Positions 24,301 through 39,300 of a DNA stretch of 64,000 bases are shown one piece after another. A program made the translations under genes and the position numbers. Under the pieces are notes generated by a model. The model was not told the origin of the DNA and did not search any database. It saw only the letters and a program-made list of their open reading frames with translations. Position 1 is the stretch's first letter; each line of letters begins with the position of its first letter. This stretch comes from Promethearchaeota archaeon. GTDB lineage: Archaea > Asgardarchaeota > Lokiarchaeia > Sigyniarchaeales > SOKP01. Location of the stretch: positions 1 through 64,000 of the forward strand of contig JAUVNS010000018.1 of assembly GCA_030599585.1 (NCBI GenBank). The letters are read 5' to 3'.

Positions 24301-27300
24301 TAAAATCTCTCGAGTCGCAATATTACAAGAGAATAGTAGATAACGTAGATTTTGAAAGATATAAATCTCTTATATTAAGCTACGAAGCGAAGGAAGGACA
24401 CTCAGACTCTATGGAGTTAGGCGTAGAAGATAGCATAATAACGCCCTTAAATACTTTCTCTCAAATTTGCGCTGATATAGACGTTATTTACAGTTTTAAC
24501 GACGATTTATCGACCGATAACATATTCAGCTACGGTCTTAACCCTACTTATTCTATCGATAATTACGATAGCTTAGAAGGTTATTTATACAACGAAACCG
24601 GATTGTTCCCTAACAGTTTCTCTTCCACCTCGGATTCGTTAGTATCGAGCACTTACGGAGACGTTCAAGCGTCTGGAGGCTCTCTTTCAGATATACACAC
24701 CGACGATGGCAACACTTACGACTTCCAATCGGCTTGGATCACCCAAGAAATGGATTCCAAATCTTGGTCGGTCACTACGAACGGCGCTAACATCAAAGAT
24801 ACCGCCCCCTCCGGATGGAGCACCGACGACGACGCAAGTTATAGAGAATTTACTTTTTTTGCTGGTACTACATTCGTTGCGGAAACCTACGATTTTGACG
24901 CTACTTTGCCTGAGTTAACAAACGATGCGGAAAGCGTAGAACTTGAACTTAAACTGATATCTACTAAATCGGGTACGGGTTCAATTAACGTTTACTTTAG
25001 AGATTGGATTGGAGGGGGCACGTGGGAGACTCCAGCACCTGAGTGGGATTTAATGTGGGCAAATGTTCCTTTTGGTTCTTGGCAAGAAAATTCTATTTCG
25101 CTCAGACTTGAGCATATTATGAAACCGATCCCTCCAAATTTTCCAAATCACGACGATGAAATTTCAGTTAAAATTGAATGGAGCGTATCAAGTTCTTCTC
25201 TTGATGTGGATATCGATTACCTATTCGTAGACATTAAAGACGACGACGCATCCACCTCAGCAGTAGGGTTTAACTTTAACAACGCAGTGTTTAACGATAA
25301 CTACGACTATCTAGTGTGGTTTGAAGGCTACACAAACGGTTTTACCTCGGAATTGTGGGTTGACGGCACGAACGTTCAATCTTTTGGAAGTAGTCCTGGT
25401 TCTGAGTTCGACGGAAAATTCTTTACAGACATCAATACCATTAAAGTATGGCTCGCCAGCGACGGAGGATTTAACCCTGAAGACAAGGAAGTTTTCTTAG
25501 ATTTCCTTAAAGTGCTCTGGGTAAACCAACCGGTCAACATCTCGGTTAAAAACGCAAACTCAATTAACGTAACCCAGTCGTATTCTCGTACTCACACTAC
25601 ATCTACCCCAATCGATTCCGGTTTTTACAACGATCCGTATTTTGGGAAGAATTCGCTTAAATTTTCCATCAAAAACTCTATAACCACTCCTAAATTCGGG
25701 AGAGAAAACGGTAGCGTTTACGCCGATTCGATATTGAGCGATATTAGCTTAGATTTTACCGTATATCCGAATAGTTCGTATATCAATTTCCCCCTTGAAC
25801 ATATTAACGTGGAGGGAAACAACGAAACTAAATACAACGCTGAAGTGCTTAAAGATTACGATATTTATTCAGCAAACAGATTTAGAAATTCTGCAATGGA
25901 TGAGATACAAATTCCACTTATGACTCCTATCGAGTTAGATTTCGGTTCTGCCGATTTAGACGTCCTAAAAGACATGGATTTAGAGATTGCCTTGAGCTTA
26001 AACTTTAACCGATACTACACCGCTTCCGATTTTATTTGGAGCCTTAGGTTTAGGTTAATGTATTACAATTATTCTTCTGGAGTATGGGAAGACTTTAAAG
26101 GCATGTTGAGAGCCGAGAACAAAGGAGTAGAAAGGTCTGTGTGGGGTTCGACATCGGATAACTTCGTTGATTACTTGCAAAATCCTCAATCTAATAATTT
26201 TATTCCCGTTTCAAACGAAAACGATATTACCATCAAAAATCCAATATTGATAAAAAGCGTTTCGAACAACACCATTTCAAACGGAAAAATGAAACTGGCC
26301 TTAATGTCCTACGTGATTCCAAGTAATTTTTCCATCGAAAGTGGAGACAATTACTTTACTTACGAGCGGGCAGATCCTCAAGTTCCAATAGAAATTAATC
26401 AGCAAGTAGACGTATTAGAGTGCTTATTCATTGGAGAATCTGTCGAGATAATGTATCCTGACTCGGCAATTAAAACCAATTTACCCTTAGACCAAAATTT
26501 CCGCGCGAACCTAACGCTAATCGATAATTTAGGAGAAATTACGGCAGTCATCGGTAAATACATAGATAGAGATAGCGTTGCCTACGAATATCCTATATTT
26601 TCTTACTGGATAACCTCAAGCAACGAGCTCGCTTTTAATTCTCCTATGAAGTATCTATTCTCGAGCTTAGAAGTAGAATATATCCCTGAAATCGAATTAG
26701 TGTTTACTAACGACAAGTATTACCTTCCTAATAGCTCTATAATTAACCATCAAAACTTTACCCAACCGTTCTTGGTGACTAACTTAAAAGACGATAGCAC
26801 GGTCTACGGTACTTACATCCATCCCGACGTAGACGTTGGATACTACTTACAAGTGGACCAGTACGGCACTTTTGTCGTGAACTCCTCTAATTTCGACGGA
26901 ATCCCGAGAGGATCGGTCAGGTTCGCTAAAAGCAACGACACTTACTTCTACCAATTTTCGTTATCGGACGAATTAATTTACAAATATAACTTGTTAAATA
27001 ACGCTTCGGACTTAATTGGAGGAACGCTTCAATTAGAATTAAACGCCGGGTTCTCGGACGTGGTTTACTCCGAACTATCCCAAGTCACCTGCTCCGATTA
27101 CAAGTTAGTAGTAGATTTACATCAACTCGATACTACCACAAATACTCTTAAAAAAATAGGACAAATAACTACATCGCTGGATCAAAACCTTTTATATTAC
27201 CATTATTACAAAATTGATCTCGACTTAGAAGAAACAAATTACGAAACCAACGGTAGATCGATTCTTGCAGAAACGATTGCGCGTGGAAGCCACTATGACC

Positions 27301-30300
27301 TATATGTTACCGTTAATTCAACCATATACAACTGTTTTGTGGACGGAAACTTGTTTAAAGGATTATACGCTCACGAATTGCTATCGGCAGACCTTCAGAT
27401 TGACGCCCAAGACTCAGAACTTAGGTATAACGGCGAGCAAGTTGATCAAACCTTCGTTGAAATTCCTCAAGAGAGCGTTATTTTAAACAAATTAGACACT
27501 GCAACCTACGCTTTCGATTCTAACTCCTTAAAATACGGATTCGAGTTTACGGTGGACGAATTACGCACGGAGTCCGCCGTAATTAACGAAGCTAACTACG
27601 AGTTCTCCTTCGAATCTTTAGCCTTAACCTTAAGCGGCTCTTATTCGGATTATTCTGGTATATTATTTGCCGATATAACCTATAAAGCGTTTAAATGGGA
27701 TATTGATTACATATCTACTTTAGAACCGATAACTTTCACTTTTGCCAACGATTACACCGAGAATATAACGAAATTTTTGGAATTAATAGTCCAGTACAAC
27801 GCTATACCAGGATATGATATGGAAAAAATAAGCGAGACTTCCGGAAGGCTCGTGTTAAGCGAAGAGGCAAAAGACGCTTCCTTACTCAAGGTGTATATGT
27901 ATAATTTTATAGAAGATAAGTGGGATCACGTAAATTTTGTCACCTACGACGATTATAGCGGCACAAACACTTTTTCCTACGTGGTAGATAGAAACTTTAT
28001 TACCTTTGAAAATTACTTTAACGACACAATTTCGGGTCAATTTGAAGCAAAAATTATATTTACAATAGAAGAAGACGTTGGAGATTGTTTCGTTTCCAAA
28101 ATTAGTTTTGACGTTAATTCTCTTAACGCGAATATTTATTATTCCACCCCAAGCACCAGCCACAAAGTAAATCCACAGGTAGAGTTTGACGTCGATCTCA
28201 CAGAATACTACGCAGATTCTTCTATCTATCTGGAAGAAATTACTTTAGATTTGAACTTTGACGGCGAGATAGAACTCGACGACGCCTTTATCTTTTCTCA
28301 ATATGCTTTATTGGAAGAAAATTACAACTTTTACTTAAGAAACGAATACTTAGAATACGAATTGTTTGAATTGGAAGATAATAAACTCACAGTTTCGAGG
28401 TCTGATTTAGACCGACTGCTCTTTTACGACGTAGAGAACGAGAAATACGTCGTCAGAGGTGCTTTAGAGTACGATTGGAATTGTATTATCGAGATGAACC
28501 TCGGTAGTAATTCAAAGCTAGAAATTCTTGCGGCGTTAAACTTAATTAACTACGATCTATCCGTATCCTACACTTCCTACGAAGTCAGAAGAATATCTGC
28601 TTCCGAAATTTCCGTACCGTTCAAATTAGCGGCAATTTACGCCCCAAATTATATTAATACAACTGACGGAATTACCAATTTGGAGGACGACGAAGAGATA
28701 GATGTGGGTATTTTCAGAGGGTTCTTGAGAAACGTGGACACCCGGCAGAGGTTAATGCTCCGCCAAAAATTGTATTACAATTTTACTGATTCTCAGATAA
28801 GTAATTACAACATCGTATTAGATCAAGAATATACCGATTGCGTTCTAAGGTTTGTCTCTCCTTACGGATACTTACACTCTCCTGTAGATTATTTGATAAA
28901 TCAAACTTACTTCGAATTTATAAGCGATTCAGAAGTCACCTCCATCGAATTTTACTATCACAACGGCGTAAATTACGCGAAAAAAGGAGATATGGAAAAA
29001 GATTCAATAGACGCAACAAAGTTTACCTTCCTTTGGGACGACGCTCAGGGAGATACGGGCGCAATAACAGGCGATAGCGTAAAAATCATGTTTAATTTAA
29101 CCGATATTTTAGGAAACAACGGGCAATACGAATATAGCTTGTTAGCAGATTTCTATCCGCCTCAAGTTTCTATAAGCTTAGGGGACGGAGCACAAAATTT
29201 CGAAAGCGATCTAATCGCAACTCCAGATACCGCTATTACATTTACTTCCAACGAAGAGGATGGCGTGGTTTCGGAACATTACTCGTGGGCAGAAGATTTT
29301 GAGTCTTACGATTCTGGATATATGGACCATAGTTATTATCCCGACGATTACAATAGTACTTGGACTATGGATTCGCTAAACATGAATAATGCGTTCCCAA
29401 CTGCTACTATTTCGGAGTTATGGAGCGGGTGGACTTTAGATTACGACTCGCAAGTAACGACTTCTTCGTTTAGTAATGGGGATTTATCGTCAAATCTAAT
29501 TGAAGCAACTGAGTTATACTCTCCAGATCAGCCCAGTGATTTTAACGTAACTGGAGCAGGTCTTACGCAATACGGTAACTTAGAAACTATTGACGCTAAT
29601 TATTCTATAATTGATTCTGCTGATGTGGCAACTAGTTATGGCGATACACAATATATCGACAGCGTCACTTATACTACCGGGGAATATAGTCTGGGTGCTT
29701 TATCCGATACTGAAACAGACGACTCTAATTATTACCGATCTGTTTCCCTGAACACAATAAAACTAAATCTCTTTTTCGACCCCGTTGTTGGCGGTAGAGA
29801 TTTTTATATGGATATACATTGTGAAGCGTGGTACGGTTTTTCAGATCCTGTAACCAATTATATACAAGTTAACGGGCAAACCGTTCTCACAAGCGATGCA
29901 AACGATGTTATAGATCAAGATAATTTTTTAATAGAAGGTGTAAATTCTATTAGAGCATATACTATAGATAGAACAGGAGCAACGTATCACGCCTTATATT
30001 ATTTTAAACTCGTGGAGAAAATAACTGAAAAAGTCTATGTAGAAGCAGCTCCTGAATACCTCGATTCTGTCACCTACGATAATGGAGCTTATCAGAGCGG
30101 GTCATATTCAGATACACAAACGGATAGTAGAGGGAGTAATTATAAAAGTTGGGGTTCAGTAGGTATCGACATGAACTTATTGTTTGATCCTAGCTTAGGC
30201 GGAAGAGATTTTAACGTTTCTTTAGATTGTCTCGGAACTGTTGCGTACAATAGCTTAAGTTACGGTTTTTACGTAAATAATATTTTACAAGCTTCTGCAA

Positions 30301-33300
30301 CTACTTCGGAATATATAACTTTCGATGGTATGGTATATAGCGACGTCAATTCGCTTGAATTAAGAATTGGAGACGGATCTGGAAACGAATACATTAACCT
30401 TTATTATTTAAAGATCGAAGAAATTATTGAAGAAGTTACCGTTCAAGTTGAAATACAAGGTCCCGAGGACACATCAGTTGATTTTCTAAAATATTCGCAC
30501 AAATCTAACGTATCTCAAACCATAGATTTGGATATTTGGAATTGGAACACCGAACAGTGGTACGAGATTGAGAGCGTAAATAATTACGCTTCTTTCGACA
30601 ACGATTCCTTTTCTCTAGGGCAAAGTAGTCCGTATGTAAACGCTACAAATGACGTAAGAATTCGATATCAAGGATATTGGAATCAAAGCTCAACTTATCA
30701 GATACAAATCGATCGATTAGCTCTTGAATATAGTTATCTACCTCAAGGTAGTCCTTACGCCGACGTATCAAAAACCATTACTGATAGCTTCTTAGATAGA
30801 TACGACTCGGGCTTTTCAAATTACCAAAAATTATACGAGATCACCATAGATTTCGATTATATATTTACTAAAGATTCGACTTTGTACGACGATTTCGCCC
30901 AATTTACTTTAGACGGTTCTGACTTTGCTTTGTCTAAAGACGGATATTCGCATCACTTCTCGGACTATTTTGAGTACGATTCAGCCAGCAGAAGCGGGTT
31001 CGACCTCATGTTTAACGTGTCAAACGGATTGTTGGAGATCGAAAACATGGAATACAATTTCCGGTTTAAGTCTCTCGACACCAGCGACCATATCCTCTTG
31101 CAACAAGACTTTACCGTAGAATTCACCGACGAAAACGAGCTCGAAGTCTTTAAAAACTTCCAAGACGCTAATTTCGTGATATACAATTCCTACAGCTTTA
31201 CCACCAATAGCGACGGATTCACCTATTACAACACCAACGGTAGAACCGACAAGTTAGAAATTATTTATAAGATCAAAGCCGACGACCAATGGTATACCTC
31301 GATTTATTCCACTTCCCTTGCTGAATCAGGAGCGAAAAAGTTTAACGTATCGCAATTTATGGTAGACAATTTGTTAATACAATTCCAAGATTTCGAGGTA
31401 GAATACCTCCTTACTGGAAACAACTCCGATTTAACCATAAATTACCTTACCTTAAATTGCTCTACTGCCGCAAAGTACATCCAAGAATATTACAGAATTA
31501 CCTACAACGTAATGGGACAAATATCTAATTGGATATCCTTTAATTCCAGCGCTTACACCAAGCTCGACGATTTCGGCGAATTACCGGCTAACTTTTCTGT
31601 CGAATACAAAGTGATCGATTTTGCCGGAAACGTAGGCACCGCTACTATTTACAACACTAACTACAAAAATGTTATGTATTCCCTCGAAAAATCCATTTCT
31701 TTGAGCGATAACGAGATCGATCTTAATAACCCTAACAATCGCGAAATTTCGTTCGAAAACACCGGACAATTCAACAACGTGAACCTATTAGACGTATACA
31801 TCAACGGGTTTAGATATGGTACTGCAAGTCTCGATACTGGGTATTACAAGCTTAACTTTGGCACAGGAAATTCTAAAGAGACTTTACTCGCCTACTCGGA
31901 CTCTTTAATGACCGATTACATTTATAGCAACGTGAACCCTCTTAACCACGTGAGCTGGGAAGTAAGAGAAGACGACTATTTTGCTGTGGTTAAGCACGTG
32001 TTAGTCGACGGTGAGATCGTAATTATTAATCCGCTCTCCTATAATCGAACTACTCAGCTTGATATTAACCACTTATACGATCGAGGATTTGGGTTAGAAA
32101 ACCTTCTTCGGATAAGAAGAGCGTATTACATCAATTCTTCAAATGACGCTGTTTGTACCATGTCTTTTGGAATAGATTATTGGATCGAAAAAAGCGGCGA
32201 GATAAGTTTTCCAGAAACTTCTAAACTTCATTTGTTATACGCTAATCCTTCTGAAGTTAAGAACGGGCTAATTTATTTCGAACACGACGTATCTTTAATA
32301 GGCGATCAGTTAAGTCTAACTAACGCTGATGGGTTCTTTGTTAACTTTACCATGCCATCTGTGTATTACGATCACACTACAATTGAGAAATTGACCATTA
32401 ATTTTAACGATTTGATGGGTAACTCCTTTTCAAAAGTCTATTTTGATTTAGATTTACGAGAATATTTCCTAGAGAATGTAAAAGATCAATACGAAGTTGA
32501 CATATTTGGACTTGGTAAGATGATGACAATACCTCTTTATATCGATATGAACGACATTAGGCTGTCAAACCCTAATAAACCATTCACTCTAAGCTTTTTG
32601 GAGTCGATCTCGTTTGAGATTAAAGATTCTCCACGTTGGCCAGGGTCTTTTATTCAAGATATTGGAAATTATACTATTATGAACCTCCCATATCAAAGAA
32701 TAAGTATTTCAGACATTAGGTTGTATAATTCAATTAGCGATTCCTTAGACGCTAACAACGACGGTTTCGTTTCTTCAACGGTTAAATTTGTCGCTCCTGA
32801 CTATTACAATTGTTTTGGAGAAACCGAATTCAATATAAAAAGGCTTAACATTGAGTTTACCGATTTACAGATTTTTGCTTACAGAGAGTTAGTTGAAGCT
32901 GGCTCGGTCGTAGATGTTGAACATTCCGACCTTATCGAAATTAATTACCATTGGGGTGATACAATTTCCCAAGTTTTGTTAAACGACATATATACGCTTC
33001 CGGTTGAGCTGATTAACGGTAGTTCCGGGGATACATTGTCAATTGGAGGTGCTTATTGGATCACAAAGTACGAGATGGATTCGCTTTCTGGTTATATTAA
33101 ATACTATTATTCGAGATTTGAAGTTCCAAAAGGTCTCGGGGAATACAACGTAAGTTTTAGTTCTAGAGGGACTCCATTATTTAACATTACTTTCTTAAGT
33201 GCTCCCTCCTTTACTCTCAACGTAACTCAAGAATCTTTATCTTCTACTACACCAATTTACCTTGAAAACGATCAATTTGAGGTTGAATACGGGGATCCGA

Positions 33301-36300
33301 TAATCCTTAGCGGAGCGATATTAGATAACGACGAATACATCATAGAAGACGAGGTATATAGCTACAAATATCAAGAAGCTTTAGACGGGGAGACTTCCCA
33401 CACTCTAAAGCTCGTCTCTCCATTTGGAGATAGCGATTTTATCGATACAAATAACTTTTCTATCTATTATATCAACGATAAACTGGAAGTTTTACCTTTA
33501 TATACCACGCTTCACAACAAGAGATTTTTAAATGATACAATTTTAGCGTACGGAAAAGATCCCGTTATTAGCTACGTTGATAATGCCTTTATACTAAACA
33601 TTTATTGGGAAAAGAGTTCTACCAGTTTTATTCGATACGACACAAATCTTTTAATATCTTATAAGGTGTTAATAGGTCAACCGCTTTCTCCGATTAGTTT
33701 TACTTCTTCCGATTCTTATGGCAACAATAAACAGCAAAACTTAATTGAGATTCCGTTTGCTAAATACGACATAATCACAAGATCGTGGAAGACTGAAGGA
33801 GATTTTGTTAACCGTTTCCCAATTAATAAACTTTTGTTATCAGAAGACGTTGAGAGCACCGGTGCTACCTTGGAAGGTCTTACTTTCTACGAAGGAGAAG
33901 AGATCACCACAGGAGTAATTGGTCTTGAAAACATATACGTAAACAAGAGTTACTCGAGCGAATTTAGACTACTCGATTCTTCTGAATATGATTGGTCTAT
34001 CGATAGTACAGGCAAACTTGTTGTTTCAGGGCTAAACTATACTACTACTGGCGATGTATTCGATGTTAATTATTACGCGTGTTATCCAACGGAAATTCCT
34101 CACTCGTTGACTAAAGACGTTTCAAACGTAGATTATGTTAAGGTGAGAAACGGAACTGGGCACGAATATTTATTTGTTGAAAATATCGATTATAAGCTTT
34201 CTGAAGACGGTTATTCTATATTTTTCGTTGATTTATACAATACAATCCTAAAGAGTAATAATTTTACCATTTACGATACTTTTGAGATTGGATATCACTC
34301 TTCCTTAGCGAAAAAAATCGACCTATCCCAAAACATTTTGCTCTTGCTTCAAGACTCTGAAGGAAATAATATTCCTATTGACGGCATCCCTATAGACAGT
34401 TTGGGTATGTTTGATTACGAAGAAACCTTAAAAATTGACTCTCCGTTCTCTATTCCCGTGGGCGGTGGTAAAAAAATAGTTCACATGGAGTTAGCATATC
34501 TACCGCTTAACATTTATAATAAATCCTCGGATATCCTTAAAAACATAGATTATCTTGATGGTGATATTGGTAATATTTACGCGGTTAAAGAAAGCAATGC
34601 TTGGGCAAAACCTATAACTGTTATAACTATACCTGAAAAAGTTAAATTAAGTTTGGTAGAAAATCCTCTTGAAAACATAGTTATTAACCAAAAATTCTAC
34701 GAAGAAAGAGAATATTATTTCAACTTAAACCCCGTCGAAGCCTTAGAAAAAGGCGAGGAATACACCAAAGTTATGATAGACGCCTTGGTTAAAGAAGATT
34801 ACGAGTTTACTTTTAGATTATCTGATTTATTAGAAGATAAACCGATAAACAATTCAATTGTGTGGCTTCAAGTGGGATTTGTTCCAAAAACAAAAACTAA
34901 ATTCGTAAACGAACGAGCTACGATCGATGATCTCGGTATTTCACCGTATTTTGAGTCTCTTGGAACCGAAGAAATAACTTTCTTAGGACCGGGAACAGGA
35001 ACAGAAAAAATGTTTGGTAAACCTTTAACTTACGAGCTCGATTGGTATAACACTAATTTTAGCTCTTATGGGCCTCATATTTGGTCTTTTGCGAAGACAA
35101 ACGAGTTTGGAGAAGCTAAATTTGATGTTTCGTTCGATCAAGATTATCTGAGCGACTTTAGTGATGTTTTTGGCAGTATCGAAGGATTTGACTCTATTGA
35201 CGACGTAGTGCTTTACATAAGAGCATTTAGCAGCTACTTTAATTGGAGCGAGTTCGCTATAAACACGCCTAACCAATATTTGTGTTCCGAAAGCGGTAAT
35301 ATTTTCGACGGAAGCACGGCTTTAGATAATTACGACTTTACTAACCTTGCTTTACAAGATAGCACTTACGTAGAGGGGCTTATAACTCTTCACAAAAAGG
35401 ACATAGCGTTAGGAATCAACGACTATTTCTCTTACAACTTACCCGACGCAGGTGTAGGTGGAAGCTACGATCCACTTACGATCCACTTATATGTAGCTGA
35501 AGCAACCCCAATACCTTCTATGATCGGAACAACTGTAGAATCGTTGACGAACATTTATACAAGTTCACAATTAGAGCCAACAGCGCATAATATATTAAAC
35601 GACGATTACTCGTTTTACGCAAATATCGAATTCTATACACCATCTGGCTCTTTAGCCGAAACGATGTTTATGGAGATTAATCCCGAGTTTAATAGCGGAG
35701 TAATTACCATCGATAACGAAACGGTAATACAAATTTTATCCAAGTTAGGTCCTGGTATATCAACAATTAAAATCCAAGTGGCAGAATCCGAGTATTACAA
35801 GCCATCTCCATCAATAACCGTACCTCTTGAAGTACGACCTTCCAACTGGATAAAATACGGTCAGAAGAACACCATTATCGATTTGATCGATCCCTATATT
35901 AATGCTTGGGGAAACGCATTTAACGGAGAAGGATTTATGCCTTTTGAAAGCAATTATCCTCATTTGATCGGAACTATTTGGATTGAGCCAAACTTTGAAG
36001 GAACAGGAGAAGAAAAAGAACAATCGATTCAAGACTATGTTGAAATCGGATTAGATTGCATTACTGAAAGCAGCGTTCCAATTGACGAAGTTCCGGAGGG
36101 AGTATCATTTAAAGTAGACCCAATCAACACTCACATGGCGATTATTAAAGAATCGTTCCCATTAAGAGAAAATATTATGCTAAGACCCGGCAACAGAGAA
36201 GGTGTTATGATGTTCGATGTAGGATTAGGCCCAGAAGATGCTTTCATAATGGGTCTCGAATGCGAATTAAACTTAACTTTTAATATAAATTACAATAATT

Positions 36301-39300
36301 TCGATATCTATGAAGACGATAGACAAGTTGACATATACCTACTAGATTTACGATTAGAAGAAAACCCTTCGAGCAGCAGCAATAAAACTCTTTGGTCTGT
36401 GTATAACGACGAATTTAATTCCGATGGTACTGGATTCGGATTATCCAAAGACAACTCGATTCAGACCGAGACAGGAGTTGTGTCTTTAGGTGGTACTGAG
36501 AACGAGGTAGATTACGGTCTAGAAGTTGAGTTCACTTACAACCCCGAAGAGAGTATTTACACAATCGACTCTGAAAGCGAGTTATTTGACCTATTTAAGT
36601 TAGACGACATAACACCTTTAGAAGTGAGTTGGTTAAACGGTTCTGAAGAGATTACGCTTACAAAAGATACCGATTGGCAAATTGGATCGAGTTTATCTGA
36701 AATTGAATTTTTAGACAATTCGCTCCCTGATAATTATTCTGATTTCATAGTAGTATATAAGTTTGATTTTGATTTTGGAGCAAACAATTTTGCAAATATT
36801 ACATTAGGTCCAAGAGGTGGAAATAACGCAAACGAGAGTTGGATATTGTTTTCTCTCCCAGATGGTTTCTTACCTCCTAGCGAAGATAGTTTATCGTTCA
36901 TGTACACTCGATTTAACCAAACTTTCGTTGGAACAGGGTCGGCAACGCAATACACGCTCGAATACGGAGTTCAAGGAGCTACTGAATGGGACGACGATCT
37001 CTTTATTATCTATAACGAGGGTGAATTAGGATTACTCAGCAGAGACGCCCCAAGTGGAAGGCCTAGGGTCGAAATTAACAAACCTTTAGACGAGGTGTTT
37101 AACGTTAAATATGGTATTCGATCGGAATACCTGTTAGGATACGGGTTCCAGAAAGTAGGTGAAGTCTATAGCGACTCTGTTAGGTTAATGTATAACAACG
37201 AGTCATCCTCTCCAATAATAGATAGCGCTGGTCCTAAAAACACTCTTTCTTTAAGCGATCCTTCTTTGTACATCTCGTTAGACGACTCTTCTAAAGAGAC
37301 AATATTAGAGCTTTACAACGTACCTTTGTTGTATTCTCCCGAAGTTAATTTCACCTTTGCGCTAGATCCAATTGTTATGGACTTAGTTGATACGTTCACT
37401 ACTGAGATTGTAAACTCGCTTGAGATTACCTTCTATTACGTGGCAAGTGGAGGTTACGGTTCTTATTACACCGATACAATTTTGTTACCTTTAAACTATA
37501 CGGAGCTTTCGTTAGATTTACAATCTGGAAGCTACTTCCTAAATTACAACAAAGACTTACAAGGGATATACGAAGCGTTTGGCACCGGTAATTTAGATGT
37601 CTACGTGGCTATATCGCAAGTAGGGAACGGTTCTAATTACATACCTTACGTAATCTTGGAAGAATTCGACTATTTATGCGACGAACATCTTCTGGAGATG
37701 TACGATCGTATGCCTTTAGACGGAGACGGCGATTTAGACGTGAAAGCGGTGATTAACACTCCACATTACGTTCAATTATTTTCAAAACCTTTTGTTGACG
37801 ATATTTATGGCGGATCTCCGTTTGACTTACTTGATAACTCTCAAATAACCGTTGGTTTGGATGATATGGTCTACTCAAGTTTAGTATCTCTTCAAACAGA
37901 CGGAGTCGGCGGGTATGCGTTTGAATACTTAGGTTCTCAAGAAACTCTTCCAATTAACGCTGAGAATTACTACCAGATTCCTAACTTAGGACTATTTACG
38001 GACGCCTACAACTTAGACGAAGTAGTTTATCAAGATGGTTACGTCGATCTATTCTACGGAAATGGCATTGAAGTAAGCGGAGCATACGATTTTGACTTGG
38101 CTATTAACATGGAATACGATTCATTAACAGTTGACGATTACGAAGCTACTATTAGTGGCGGAGTAGTAACCTCATGGGAAGATTATTACAATATAACCGA
38201 TCAATTTTTAACAACGGACGAGATTGCGGTATCAGATACGGTATTATACCATCAATTATTCGACCTAACCTCTGATATCATAGAACTGGACGATCTTAAC
38301 GAGATTTTGGGCAATATCACTGGAGCCTACTTTGGAGTAAAACTTCCAGACGATGTTTCAATTTCATACTTACGCACTATCGGTTCTCCATACACTTACG
38401 ACCTATCGGTTCAAGGCTTCCCAATTGGTAGTTATATCGATGGCACATATTGCAAAGTAAAAACTTCAGGCACGACTCAAGATTTTGACCTTAGAGAAGA
38501 TAGCGAAATTATGAACAGAACTACTTATTATTCGCTCGAATTTGCGTCAAATGGATCAAAATACATAGTTTTTACTAAATCGATCAACGATGTTTCAAAT
38601 TTCGCAGTAAACGATAAAATTATGGTCGATTATTGGGCGTATTATACTTTTGTAGAAGGGTTTGATTACGAGATCGTGGAAGACCCTCTCGACCCATACA
38701 CTTCAGTAATTGATTGGGCTTACCAGATTAGTGCAATAGACTCCTATACCATGCATCCAGATTTTATTATTAACTCCAGTTTTAGCGTTGACTTTTCCGC
38801 ACTCGAATGGGAGGAGATCGACAATAATTACATTCACGATGGATCTGACGAATTTACTTTCCAACCTCATATAGACACTAATACCACCGTGCTTTATAGT
38901 GGAGATGTGACCGAAGATTTCTCTGTATTGAACATTGTCCCTGACAACCAATTCAACGAAACCGACTTATTTACAAATATTTATGTGGATATATGGGACG
39001 GAGAAAACGAAGATACGATTTTTACTTACGAATACTTGTATCAGCCATTAGGACACGGTTATATTATCCAAGATGTCAACGTTAGTTTCTATTTCACTAT
39101 AAATTACACCGCAATTGAGGAATTCTTCCAACAATATTATCCTGATCACGTTCTTTTGGACGACTCTTACACGTATATTCAATTAGGGTATGAATCGACT
39201 CAGTTAAGGTATACAATGAGCAACACTCCGTTTAATTACGATTACGTCGGGTCCGAGCATACTACATATCACATAGTGCTCACGATAGGAGAAGACGCTC

